A DNA stretch of 27,222 bases from Promethearchaeota archaeon (GTDB lineage: Archaea > Asgardarchaeota > Lokiarchaeia > Sigyniarchaeales > SOKP01). The notes beneath the pieces were generated by a model, which worked only from the letters and a program-made list of their open reading frames with translations, was not told where the DNA came from and did not search any database. Shown piece after piece: positions 9,699-17,838 of the stretch. Where the stretch lies: the NCBI GenBank assembly GCA_011364975.1, contig RDOE01000045.1:1-27222 (forward strand), written 5' to 3'. Position 1 is the first letter of the stretch, and each line of letters opens with the position of its first letter. Both the position numbers and the translations under genes were made by a program.

Positions 9699-10154
9699 AT
9701 GAGCTATAAATATGAGATCATTATGTTTGCCTGCTTAAAATGAGGATATAGCGCAGCAGATTTAGCAGGAGTTTCAAGGCTAAAGTATACTCCTTCAGTA
9801 AAAATCATAAAAGTGCGCTGTACTGGGAGAGTTGATGTACAACATATTCTATACGCTATAAAATCTGGAGCGGATGGAGTCATGATTGTGGGATGACGAC
9901 CTAATGAATGTCAATTTAAAAATGGTAATTTCACTGCCCAACGACATGTTGATTTGGCAAATAGAATTTTGGATTCAAGAGGATTCGGAAACCAAAGAAT
10001 TAATATGTACTGGTTAAGTGGTGCTGAAGCAGAAAAATTAGTTAAAAGTGTTGAAGATGCGTATGAAAAAATAAATCGATTGGGACCTAATCCTATTAAA
10101 CTAACGGATATTAAAACTGAAAAAAAGCAAGCAATAATAACACCTGTGGAATGA
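9699..10154 (+). CDS. mvhD: MvhD/VhuD [2Fe-2S] subunit, selenoprotein with 2 Sec (151 aa)
   Basis: ATG 9699 after SD GGAGG (9684-9688): MSYKYEIIMFACLKUGYSAADLAGVSR...VRCTGRVD...GADGVMIVGURPNECQF...WLSGAE. TGA at 9741 and 9894 align with Cys in the mvhD at 17292. Confidence 0.93.
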
Positions 10155-10186
10155 TTCTTACAAAAAAATAGTAGTTGTAAGATGAC
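10151..10186 (+). promoter_or_regulatory. Eukaryote-like SECIS element
   Basis: ATGAT-TCTTACAA-(AAAAATAGTAG)-TTGTAAGA-TGAC: AUGA/GA tandem G.A core, perfect 8-bp upper helix (10156-10163/10175-10182), A-run in the apical loop, directly after two UGA-containing genes. Confidence 0.85.
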
Positions 10187-10269
10187 TACCTATGCGAAGG
10201 AAAGGTGTTTAAAAAAGTAAATTAATTCCAAATGGAATTCATCATTAATATATAAGAATTGGAAAATAT

Positions 10270-11763
10270 ATGGTTCAAATTGCAAATAATAACCTATTTG
10301 AGGGAATAGCGCCAAAAGAGTTAATGGATGCAACCTATAGGGCATCCGAAAATTTTCAAGTGAGAGCTTTTTTTGAAGCTAAAGATGATATTATAAAAGC
10401 AGGAAAATATTCCGAAAATGAATTTTACGAAATTTTGGATGCATTAATTGATGCTGAAACCGAACGTAAACTCGTATCAGATTTATTAAAAGGTAAAAAA
10501 CCATTATTTTTATATGAAATTGTTGAACATCTTAAAAATTTTCCAGCAAAAAATGTCGTACGAGATATTATCTATCTAAAAGAGCAAGGTTACATTAAAG
10601 AACTCATAGAAGTTAAGACCAAAATGGTTATTAAGAAAATAAAAGGAGAAGAGAAAGAGGTTGAAGAAAAAGAATACTTCTATAGATATCAAGTGAAAGA
10701 ACTTCTTGATAATGTTATAGAACACTATTTTGAACCGGTTTCAATAGTATTTAATTCAGGGGTATGCTGTCATTGCGGATGGTGCTCTTCAATTTGTCCT
10801 GTAAATGCCATAAACGTATCAGCAGATACTCTTGATGTAGATGACGAAATATGTATGAAATGCGGTTTATGTTATACAGTGTGTCCCCGCTCATTCTCGA
10901 TTGATCAAGCATATAGTACAATTTCAAAATTGAATAAAACCTTAAATTTCTCGGAATCAATGGGTGCCTACATTAATACATATACTGCGACTACAACAAA
11001 AGAGGAGATTAAAAAAGTGCGTCAAGATGGAGGCATTGTAACTTCCATTTTGGAATATCTTCTAACCCACAATATTGTTGATGCTATCATCGCAGTCCAA
11101 CATTCCAAAGACCTTTGGAGACCCGAACCTGTAATAGTAGAAAGCGTAAAAGAATTATATAAAACAGGAGGTACGAAATATGCTAATTCTCCATCTCTCA
11201 CAATTATCGAGAAAGCAAAAAACTTTGAGAGAATTGCTGTTGTAGGAGTTCCTTGTATGATGAAAGCACTCTTCAAAGGGACATTATTTCCAAGTGGTCT
11301 ACCTTTTTTTAAGAATATCAAATATACTATTGGTTTATTTTGCATGGAATCTTTCTCTTATGATAATATTATTCAGTTAACGAAGGATAAATTTTCTCAA
11401 GAAATAACTAACCTAACTAAAATGAATATTGATAGCGGGAAATTTATTATAAACTTAAAAAATGGTGAGGAAATGGCAGTCGAGTTAAAAGAAGTCCAAT
11501 CTTATGCAAGGGATAATTGCCACTACTGCGAAGACCTCACATCAGATTATGCTGACATCTCAGTAGGTTCCATTGGTTCAAAAGCCGGATACTCATCTGT
11601 TATAACACGTTCAATAAATGGAGATGAATTATTCAGTGAGATTATTGAGAGTGGTTTAGTAGAGGTTCAAAATCTTAAGGAAGTTAAACCGGGGCAAGCT
11701 CTTGCTGAAAGAATTGCTGGATCTAAACGAACAAAATGTAAACCTATTGAATTAAGAAAATAA
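10270..11763 (+). CDS. Coenzyme F420 hydrogenase/dehydrogenase beta-subunit family (FrhB/FdhB-like) with N-terminal extension
   Basis: 2x[4Fe-4S] motifs (CCHCGWCSSICP, CMKCGLCYTVCP), 'QDGGIVT', 'GTKY', 'VGVPC', 'IGLFCME', 'CHYCED..SDYADISVGSIGS'. Confidence 0.9.
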   Translation: MVQIANNNLFEGIAPKELMDATYRASENFQVRAFFEAKDDIIKAGKYSENEFYEILDALIDAETERKLVSDLLKGKKPLFLYEIVEHLKNFPAKNVVRDIIYLKEQGYIKELIEVKTKMVIKKIKGEEKEVEEKEYFYRYQVKELLDNVIEHYFEPVSIVFNSGVCCHCGWCSSICPVNAINVSADTLDVDDEICMKCGLCYTVCPRSFSIDQAYSTISKLNKTLNFSESMGAYINTYTATTTKEEIKKVRQDGGIVTSILEYLLTHNIVDAIIAVQHSKDLWRPEPVIVESVKELYKTGGTKYANSPSLTIIEKAKNFERIAVVGVPCMMKALFKGTLFPSGLPFFKNIKYTIGLFCMESFSYDNIIQLTKDKFSQEITNLTKMNIDSGKFIINLKNGEEMAVELKEVQSYARDNCHYCEDLTSDYADISVGSIGSKAGYSSVITRSINGDELFSEIIESGLVEVQNLKEVKPGQALAERIAGSKRTKCKPIELRK

Positions 11764-11786
11764 AAAAATATTTTAAAGTGATTAAT

Positions 11787-12911
11787 ATGACCTCTAAAAC
11801 TTTTCAAGATCTTATTGAAGAAGTTCATAATAAAGGTATTTGTCAGGAGTGCGGTGGATGTGTTAGCTTCTGTAGTTCTGCAGAATATGATGTAATCGGA
11901 TTTAAGGATCCTTATAGTCCCCCGGAATATAAGCATAAAGATAAGTGTCTTGAATGCGGCATTTGTTATTATATTTGTCCACAGACTCATATTCTTGATA
12001 GTGAACTTAATAAAACTTATAAATTTTCTGACTTTGAATCTATGCCTATCGGCCATTACGAGCGTGTTTACTCTTGTCAAGCAAAGGATAAAGAATTTCT
12101 CGAGTATGGAACCGATGGAGGTGTTGTTAATTCGATTATTAATTTCTTAATCGAACAAAAATTAATAGATGGCGCGGTGGTGTCTCAAACTGATGCTCCT
12201 TTTTCAAGAGAAGCGACTTTTGCTGACAGTAAATATGATTTACTTAAAGCTTCAGGTGCAAAACTAGATATATCGCCACAATTGGATGAGATTCAAAAAT
12301 TTTGTACTTATACTCAATCAATTCCAAAATTAAATCATTATAAATTTAAAAAGTTAGCCGTAGTTGGCACCCCCTGCCAAATATACACTATTAGGTGTAT
12401 GCAGGATTTGGGGGTTACTCCCTCAGAAAATATAGAAATATGTTTAGGTTTGTTTTGTTATGAAAACTTCTTTTTTCAAAAATTCCAAGTTGAAAAGTTT
12501 GAAAAAGATTTTAATATAAAGTTTGCAGATATCGAAAAAATTAATATTAAAGAAGATTTAATCTTTAAACTTAAGAATGGGGGCTCAGGAGCTAAAGTTG
12601 TCCATGTTCCCTTTAATTATTTAAACGATTATATGAGACCCGCATGTAATGCATGTAGTGATTTTACAAATATATATGCGGATATATCATTTGGGGGATT
12701 AGGTTCTCAAGATAAATATACTACAGTTATACCCCGAACAAAAATGGGTAAACATATCCTTCAGAGAGTAATAGATGCTGGTATCATTAAATGTTCAGAT
12801 ATAGATTCTAATAAAATGAATAAGACAATTGAAAAATTAGCAAATTTTTCTCATTCAAAAGTGAAACGAAGAGAAACATTTATGAAGAAATTAGAGTTAG
12901 GAGGAGTATAA
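11787..12911 (+). CDS. Second FrhB/FdhB-family F420-interacting subunit
   Basis: CQECGGCVSFC, CLECGICYYICP, 'TDGGVV', 'VGTPCQ', 'LGLFCYE', 'CNACSDF...ADISFGGLGS'; start is ATG 11787 or GTG 11778. Confidence 0.9.
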   Translation: MTSKTFQDLIEEVHNKGICQECGGCVSFCSSAEYDVIGFKDPYSPPEYKHKDKCLECGICYYICPQTHILDSELNKTYKFSDFESMPIGHYERVYSCQAKDKEFLEYGTDGGVVNSIINFLIEQKLIDGAVVSQTDAPFSREATFADSKYDLLKASGAKLDISPQLDEIQKFCTYTQSIPKLNHYKFKKLAVVGTPCQIYTIRCMQDLGVTPSENIEICLGLFCYENFFFQKFQVEKFEKDFNIKFADIEKINIKEDLIFKLKNGGSGAKVVHVPFNYLNDYMRPACNACSDFTNIYADISFGGLGSQDKYTTVIPRTKMGKHILQRVIDAGIIKCSDIDSNKMNKTIEKLANFSHSKVKRRETFMKKLELGGV

Positions 12912-12912
12912 A

Positions 12913-14166
12913 ATAACTGAATCCAAAAAAGATATTGAAAGAAGGAAATTTTTTGGAGATACTTTAGATGCCTTAAAAAAGATTTATACCCCTGAGCTGA
13001 AAGAGCTCCTTAAAAGGTGTTATCAATGTGGGCGTTGTAGTGGTGTGTGTCAATTAAGTAAAGTTCAGAAATATACTCCTAGTAAAATTATTCAACTTAT
13101 TTTGGAAGGTTTTGAAGATAAAGTACTTCAAAGTGGAGCATTATGGGATTGCTTAACATGCAATCAATGCTTAAAAGACTGCCCTGAAAACATAAATTTC
13201 GCAGATATCGTAAGAATGGCACGATATCAAATGAGACATAATAAGAATCAAAATCCCGAGGAATACATTGCCCATAAAGGAATTTATACTACCCTCTCCG
13301 AAATGATGAGTAGGCCTTATATAATTCCTGATAGAAATATGGATTGGATTCCTAAAGGATGTAATGTTGCTGATGCGGGTAATATTTTGTATTATGTTGG
13401 GTGCTTACCCTTTTATAATTATGAATTTAATGATTTAGATACGATCGCTACAAGTACCTTAAAATTACTATGTAACGTAGAAAAAGACCCTATTGTAGTC
13501 CTTAAGGATGAAATTTGTTGTGGGCATGATATTTACTGGGGTCAAGGAAAATTAAAAACGTTTATTAAATTAGCGAAAAAGAATAAAGAAATGTTTGAAG
13601 CTAAAGGTATTTCTACTATTATAACCGCCTGTGCGGAATGTTATAGAACCTTAAAAATTGATTACCCGAATCTTTTTGAAGATTTTAAAGATAAATTTAC
13701 GGTAAAGCACTTAATCGAATATGTTTATGAAAATTGGAAAATGGGAAAAATTGAATTTAAAGAACCCAAAAAGAAAAAAGATATAATTACCTTCACTTAT
13801 CAAGATCCTTGTAGATTAAGTAGGTTTCTACCAAAAAATATTAATATTACTGCACAAATAAGAGAAATATTTAGAGAATTGGAAAAATTTGGCTACAAAT
13901 TTGAAGAAATGAAACATAATAAAGAAAATTCATTATGTTGTGGCATAAATTCATGGATGAATTGTAATGAAAAATCTAAAGCCCTGCGATACAAAAGAAT
14001 GCTCGAAGCTAAATCAGCTGGAGAGCTGTTATTAACTTCATGTCCTAAATGTAATATTCACCTTACATGTATTCAGAGCGATTTTGAAAATATCGCTTCA
14101 ATAAAAATTATAGATATTTCTGAATTCTTACTTGAACATATTAAAGTAATACAAAATGAAACTTAG
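12913..14166 (+). CDS. HdrD-like Fe-S oxidoreductase (HdrC-type ferredoxin + two CCG domains), non-canonical start
   Basis: CYQCGRCSGVC (from 13018) and CLTCNQCLKDCP; CCG domains 'YVGC..EICCG..TACAEC' and 'YQDPC..LCCG..TSCPKC'. The track start (GTG 13045) falls inside the first cluster motif; the frame is open back to ATA 12913, which follows a GGAGGAG SD. Confidence 0.85.
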   Translation: MTESKKDIERRKFFGDTLDALKKIYTPELKELLKRCYQCGRCSGVCQLSKVQKYTPSKIIQLILEGFEDKVLQSGALWDCLTCNQCLKDCPENINFADIVRMARYQMRHNKNQNPEEYIAHKGIYTTLSEMMSRPYIIPDRNMDWIPKGCNVADAGNILYYVGCLPFYNYEFNDLDTIATSTLKLLCNVEKDPIVVLKDEICCGHDIYWGQGKLKTFIKLAKKNKEMFEAKGISTIITACAECYRTLKIDYPNLFEDFKDKFTVKHLIEYVYENWKMGKIEFKEPKKKKDIITFTYQDPCRLSRFLPKNINITAQIREIFRELEKFGYKFEEMKHNKENSLCCGINSWMNCNEKSKALRYKRMLEAKSAGELLLTSCPKCNIHLTCIQSDFENIASIKIIDISEFLLEHIKVIQNET

Positions 14167-14183
14167 GGTGTAAAAACGAGATT

Positions 14184-17100
14184 ATGGAAGGTTCTGTTCT
14201 AGTAATTGGTGGTGGAATAGCAGGAATCCAAACCTCTTTAGATCTTACTGAATTAGGATTTAAAGTATACTTAGTGGAAAAATCGCCATCAATTGGAGGC
14301 AGAATGGCTCAACTAGATAAAACCTTTCCTACAAATGATTGTTCTCTCTGCATTCTAGCACCCAAAATGGTAGAGGTGTTTAGAAATCCTAATATTGAAC
14401 TGATGACATACCATGAAGTCACAGAAGTATCCGGTAAAGCAGGTGATTTCAAAGTAAAGGTTCTTAAAAAACCGCGTTATATAGATGAATCAAAATGTAA
14501 AGGATGTGGAGATTGTGCTTCAAAATGTCCTAAAATTGAAGTACCTAACCTCTTTGATATGAATCTTGGGAAAAGAAAGTCAGCATACATTCCATTTCCT
14601 CAAGCGGTCCCTCCGGTTTACTTAATCGATCCGGAATTATGCTTAAAGATAAATAAGGGAGTATGTGGTGTCTGTGCGAAGGTATGTCAAGCAGAAGCGA
14701 TAGAATTTGAGCAAAAACCTCAGGAGAAACAAACGAATGTTGGTGCAATCGTTGTAGCTACGGGCTTTGATATGCCCGCTGAAAACTTGTCTTCCCGTTG
14801 GGGATATAATTACCCTAATGTAGTAAGTGCTCTTGAATACGAGCGAATATTATGTGCCTCTGGGCCTTTTGGGGGGCATGTTTTAAGACCAAGTGATCAT
14901 ACTGAACCTGAAAGAATCGCATTTGTACAATGTGCTGGATCAAGAGATTTACACGAAGGAATTCCTTATTGCTCTAGTGTTTGTTGCATGTATACTGCTA
15001 AAGAAGCGATAATAACTAAAGAACATTCTGACAAATCTCAATGTTATGTTTTTCGTCACGATATTAGAGCCTATGGTAAAAACTTTTATGAGTTCACCCA
15101 ACGGGCTCAAAAAGAATATGGAGTAAAATATTTCCAAACAAAAATTAGCAAGATAGAAGAGGAACCTGAGACTAAGGATTTAATTATTCATTATGAAAAT
15201 TTAAAGAATGGAGAATTTAACAATTTCCGCGCAAATTTAGTTGTATTAGCAACACCCTTAGTTCCTTCTAATGGCACTCAGGAACTTGCCAAAATTTTAA
15301 AAATTGATTTAGATGAATATAACTTTTTTAAGGAGAAAGATTATTTTCATAAATCAAAGTCTTCAAAAGAGGGTATTTATTTAAGTGGATTTTGTCAAGG
15401 TCCAATGGACATTCCTGAAACGGTTGCAGATGCGAGTGGAGTAGCTGGACAAGTAGCTGCTTTTTTAAATTCGGTAAAATTTGAAAAGACGCAAGAAAAG
15501 GAGTTATTGATCCCTGAATTAGAGATTAAAGCGAGTGATGAGCCTAGAATTGGAGTTTTAATATGCCATTGTGGAATTAATATTGGAAAGTATGTTCATG
15601 TGCCTTTGCTAGCAGAATATGTACGCCAACTGCCTAATGTTGTTCATTGTGAGGATAACTTATATTCCTGTAGTTCTGACTCGCAAGCGCGGATTAAAGA
15701 ACTTATAATCAATCACAAATTAAATCGATTTATTGTAGCTTCTTGTACTCCGAGAACTCATGAAGCTCTCTTTCAAGAAACATGTCAAGAAGCAGGCTTA
15801 AATAAATATTTATTTGAAATGGTAAATATTCGTGACCAATGTTCTTGGGTTCACATGGATGATGCTGAAGCTGCAACCCAAAAAGCAAAGGATCTAATAC
15901 GAATGGCAGTTGCAAAATCAAGACTTTTAAAACCTCTTAAAGAAGAGTCATTAAAAATCACACCTACTGCTCTTATTATCGGTGGTGGGATTGCCGGAAT
16001 GAGTGCAGCATTGAATATTGGCGATCAAGGATTTAAAACCTATATTGTAGAAAAAGAACAAATCCTCGGTGGAAATTTGAATCATCTAAATGTTCTCTAT
16101 CCGATTGAGCAAGATGCTTCTGAATTCATTAAGCAAATAATAAAGTCAGTTGAACAACACAAACAAATCCAAGTGTTCTTAAATGCTAAGATTAAAGATA
16201 TAAAAGGATATGTAGGAAATTATATTGTCACAATTGTTGATTCTAAAAATAAACCTCAAGATTTAAGTATAGGAACGATAATTGTAGCAACAGGCGGCAA
16301 AGAATACAAACCAAAAGGATTATTTCGATATGAAGCTGAAAATGAAAATGTTATTACCCAATTAGAACTGGAACAGATTTTAAAGGAGAAAGGATCGTTA
16401 TGGCTGGAAACGATTAATCGAATAACAATAATTTTATGTGTGAATGCTAGACAAGTTGAGGGGATAACTTATTGTTCAAATACCTGTTGTGGTAATTCTA
16501 TTAAGAATGTAGGGCTTCTAAAAAAGTTAAAACCAGACTTGGAAATTCTTGTTCTTTATAGAGACCTTCAGATGGCTAAAAAGAAATACGAAGAATATTA
16601 TCGTAAGCGCCGGAAAGATGCTATATTTTTGAGATATGACTTAGACAATCTTCCTGTTGTTAAAAAAGTAAATAAAAAGCCAGAAAAATATAATATAAAA
16701 TTTTTTGATATCAACCTTCAAGACTTCTTAGAATTTGACACTGATGCGATTATATTATCAACACCTATTGTTCCAGAAGACAACTTAGATGATATAGCAA
16801 AAATGTTAAAGGTCCCCTTAGATAGAAATGGCTTCTTTTTAGAAGCTCATGTAAAATTAAGACCATTGGATTTTGCAACAGAGGGAATATTTTTATGCGG
16901 TTGTGCACAATGGCCAAAAAATATACAAGATTCCATTTCACAAGCGCATGGGGCGGCTGCGAGAGCAAGCAGGTTTTTAAGTGCAGAAGAAATTAAAACT
17001 TCAGGGATTGTTGCGGAAGTTAATCCTGTGAATTGTATTGGTTGCGGAAAATGTGAATCGGTATGTCCCTATAATGCGATAGATATTTTAGAATCAATTA

Positions 17101-17270
17101 AAGAGTTTGAAGATATAACATTAATCGCCAAAAAATCGTTCATTAATTCAGCCCTCTGCAAGGGTTGTGGTACCTGTGCCGCAACCTGTCCAAATGGAGC
17201 AATATCTATAAAACAATACGATTTTGATCAAATATCTGCTATGATCGAGTCATATTTATTAGAAACTTAA
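14184..17270 (+). CDS. hdrA: HdrA-family protein, double FAD-module form, Cys-only (1028 aa)
   Basis: Two GGGIAG motifs, DKTFPTNDCSLC, CAGSR/YCSSVCC, a central 'RIGVLICHCG..YSC..ASCTPRTHE..RDQCSWVH' domain and a C-terminal 2x[4Fe-4S] domain. Confidence 0.92.
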   Translation: MEGSVLVIGGGIAGIQTSLDLTELGFKVYLVEKSPSIGGRMAQLDKTFPTNDCSLCILAPKMVEVFRNPNIELMTYHEVTEVSGKAGDFKVKVLKKPRYIDESKCKGCGDCASKCPKIEVPNLFDMNLGKRKSAYIPFPQAVPPVYLIDPELCLKINKGVCGVCAKVCQAEAIEFEQKPQEKQTNVGAIVVATGFDMPAENLSSRWGYNYPNVVSALEYERILCASGPFGGHVLRPSDHTEPERIAFVQCAGSRDLHEGIPYCSSVCCMYTAKEAIITKEHSDKSQCYVFRHDIRAYGKNFYEFTQRAQKEYGVKYFQTKISKIEEEPETKDLIIHYENLKNGEFNNFRANLVVLATPLVPSNGTQELAKILKIDLDEYNFFKEKDYFHKSKSSKEGIYLSGFCQGPMDIPETVADASGVAGQVAAFLNSVKFEKTQEKELLIPELEIKASDEPRIGVLICHCGINIGKYVHVPLLAEYVRQLPNVVHCEDNLYSCSSDSQARIKELIINHKLNRFIVASCTPRTHEALFQETCQEAGLNKYLFEMVNIRDQCSWVHMDDAEAATQKAKDLIRMAVAKSRLLKPLKEESLKITPTALIIGGGIAGMSAALNIGDQGFKTYIVEKEQILGGNLNHLNVLYPIEQDASEFIKQIIKSVEQHKQIQVFLNAKIKDIKGYVGNYIVTIVDSKNKPQDLSIGTIIVATGGKEYKPKGLFRYEAENENVITQLELEQILKEKGSLWLETINRITIILCVNARQVEGITYCSNTCCGNSIKNVGLLKKLKPDLEILVLYRDLQMAKKKYEEYYRKRRKDAIFLRYDLDNLPVVKKVNKKPEKYNIKFFDINLQDFLEFDTDAIILSTPIVPEDNLDDIAKMLKVPLDRNGFFLEAHVKLRPLDFATEGIFLCGCAQWPKNIQDSISQAHGAAARASRFLSAEEIKTSGIVAEVNPVNCIGCGKCESVCPYNAIDILESIKEFEDITLIAKKSFINSALCKGCGTCAATCPNGAISIKQYDFDQISAMIESYLLET

Positions 17271-17291
17271 CAAATTAACAAAGTAAGATAG

Positions 17292-17729
17292 ATGCCAAAA
17301 GCAAAAGTAAAAGAAAAGTACCCGGACTTTAATCCAGAGATTTTAGTATTTTGCTGTAATTGGTGCTCTTATGCAGGAGCAGATCTTGCGGGAGTATCTC
17401 GATTTCAATACCCCCCTAATATGCGAATTGTTAGAGTAATGTGTTCGGGGAGAGTAGATCCATCTTTTGTGATAAAAGCTCTTAAAGAGGGTGCTGATGG
17501 AGTTTTAATTACAGGATGTCATATAGGAGATTGCCATTATATCTCTGGTAATGAGTTTGCGAGAGAAAGGTTTGAACGGCTACATAATATTATTATAAAA
17601 CAACTTGGAATCGATGAAAAACGAGTGCGATTAGAATGGGTAAGCGCATCAGAGGGAAAACGATTCGCAGACTTAATAACAGAATTTACCAACCAAATTA
17701 GCGAATTAGGCCCTTTAAAAGTTCTTTAA
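17292..17729 (+). CDS. mvhD: MvhD/FlpD [2Fe-2S] subunit, Cys form
   Basis: Canonical FCCNWCSYAGADLAG, VMCSGRVD, GCHIGDCHY and WVSASEG. Confidence 0.95.
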   Translation: MPKAKVKEKYPDFNPEILVFCCNWCSYAGADLAGVSRFQYPPNMRIVRVMCSGRVDPSFVIKALKEGADGVLITGCHIGDCHYISGNEFARERFERLHNIIIKQLGIDEKRVRLEWVSASEGKRFADLITEFTNQISELGPLKVL

Positions 17730-17838
17730 AGTTATGCTTAGTTGGGATTATATTTAGTGATAGGTGTATAATTTATAAAAATTAATAACGATGCTTTAAT
17801 ATAGGTAATAATTTCTATTTTTGAAGGTTTTATAGAAT

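Noticed and set aside
9703-9752. Second SECIS-like fold just after the hdrA stop (GCTATA/TATAGC lower stem, ATGA 9712, GA 9745)
   Set aside because: The upper helix is only 5 bp and needs a bulge, there is no clear apical A-run, and it overlaps a Sec codon. Too weak without covariance evidence.
7749-10154. hdrA and mvhD as nonsense-mutated pseudogenes, or UGA reassigned to Trp/Gly
   Set aside because: All six internal stops are TGA at Cys-equivalent positions, there are no frameshifts, a SECIS-like hairpin follows, and TGA terminates other genes in the window.
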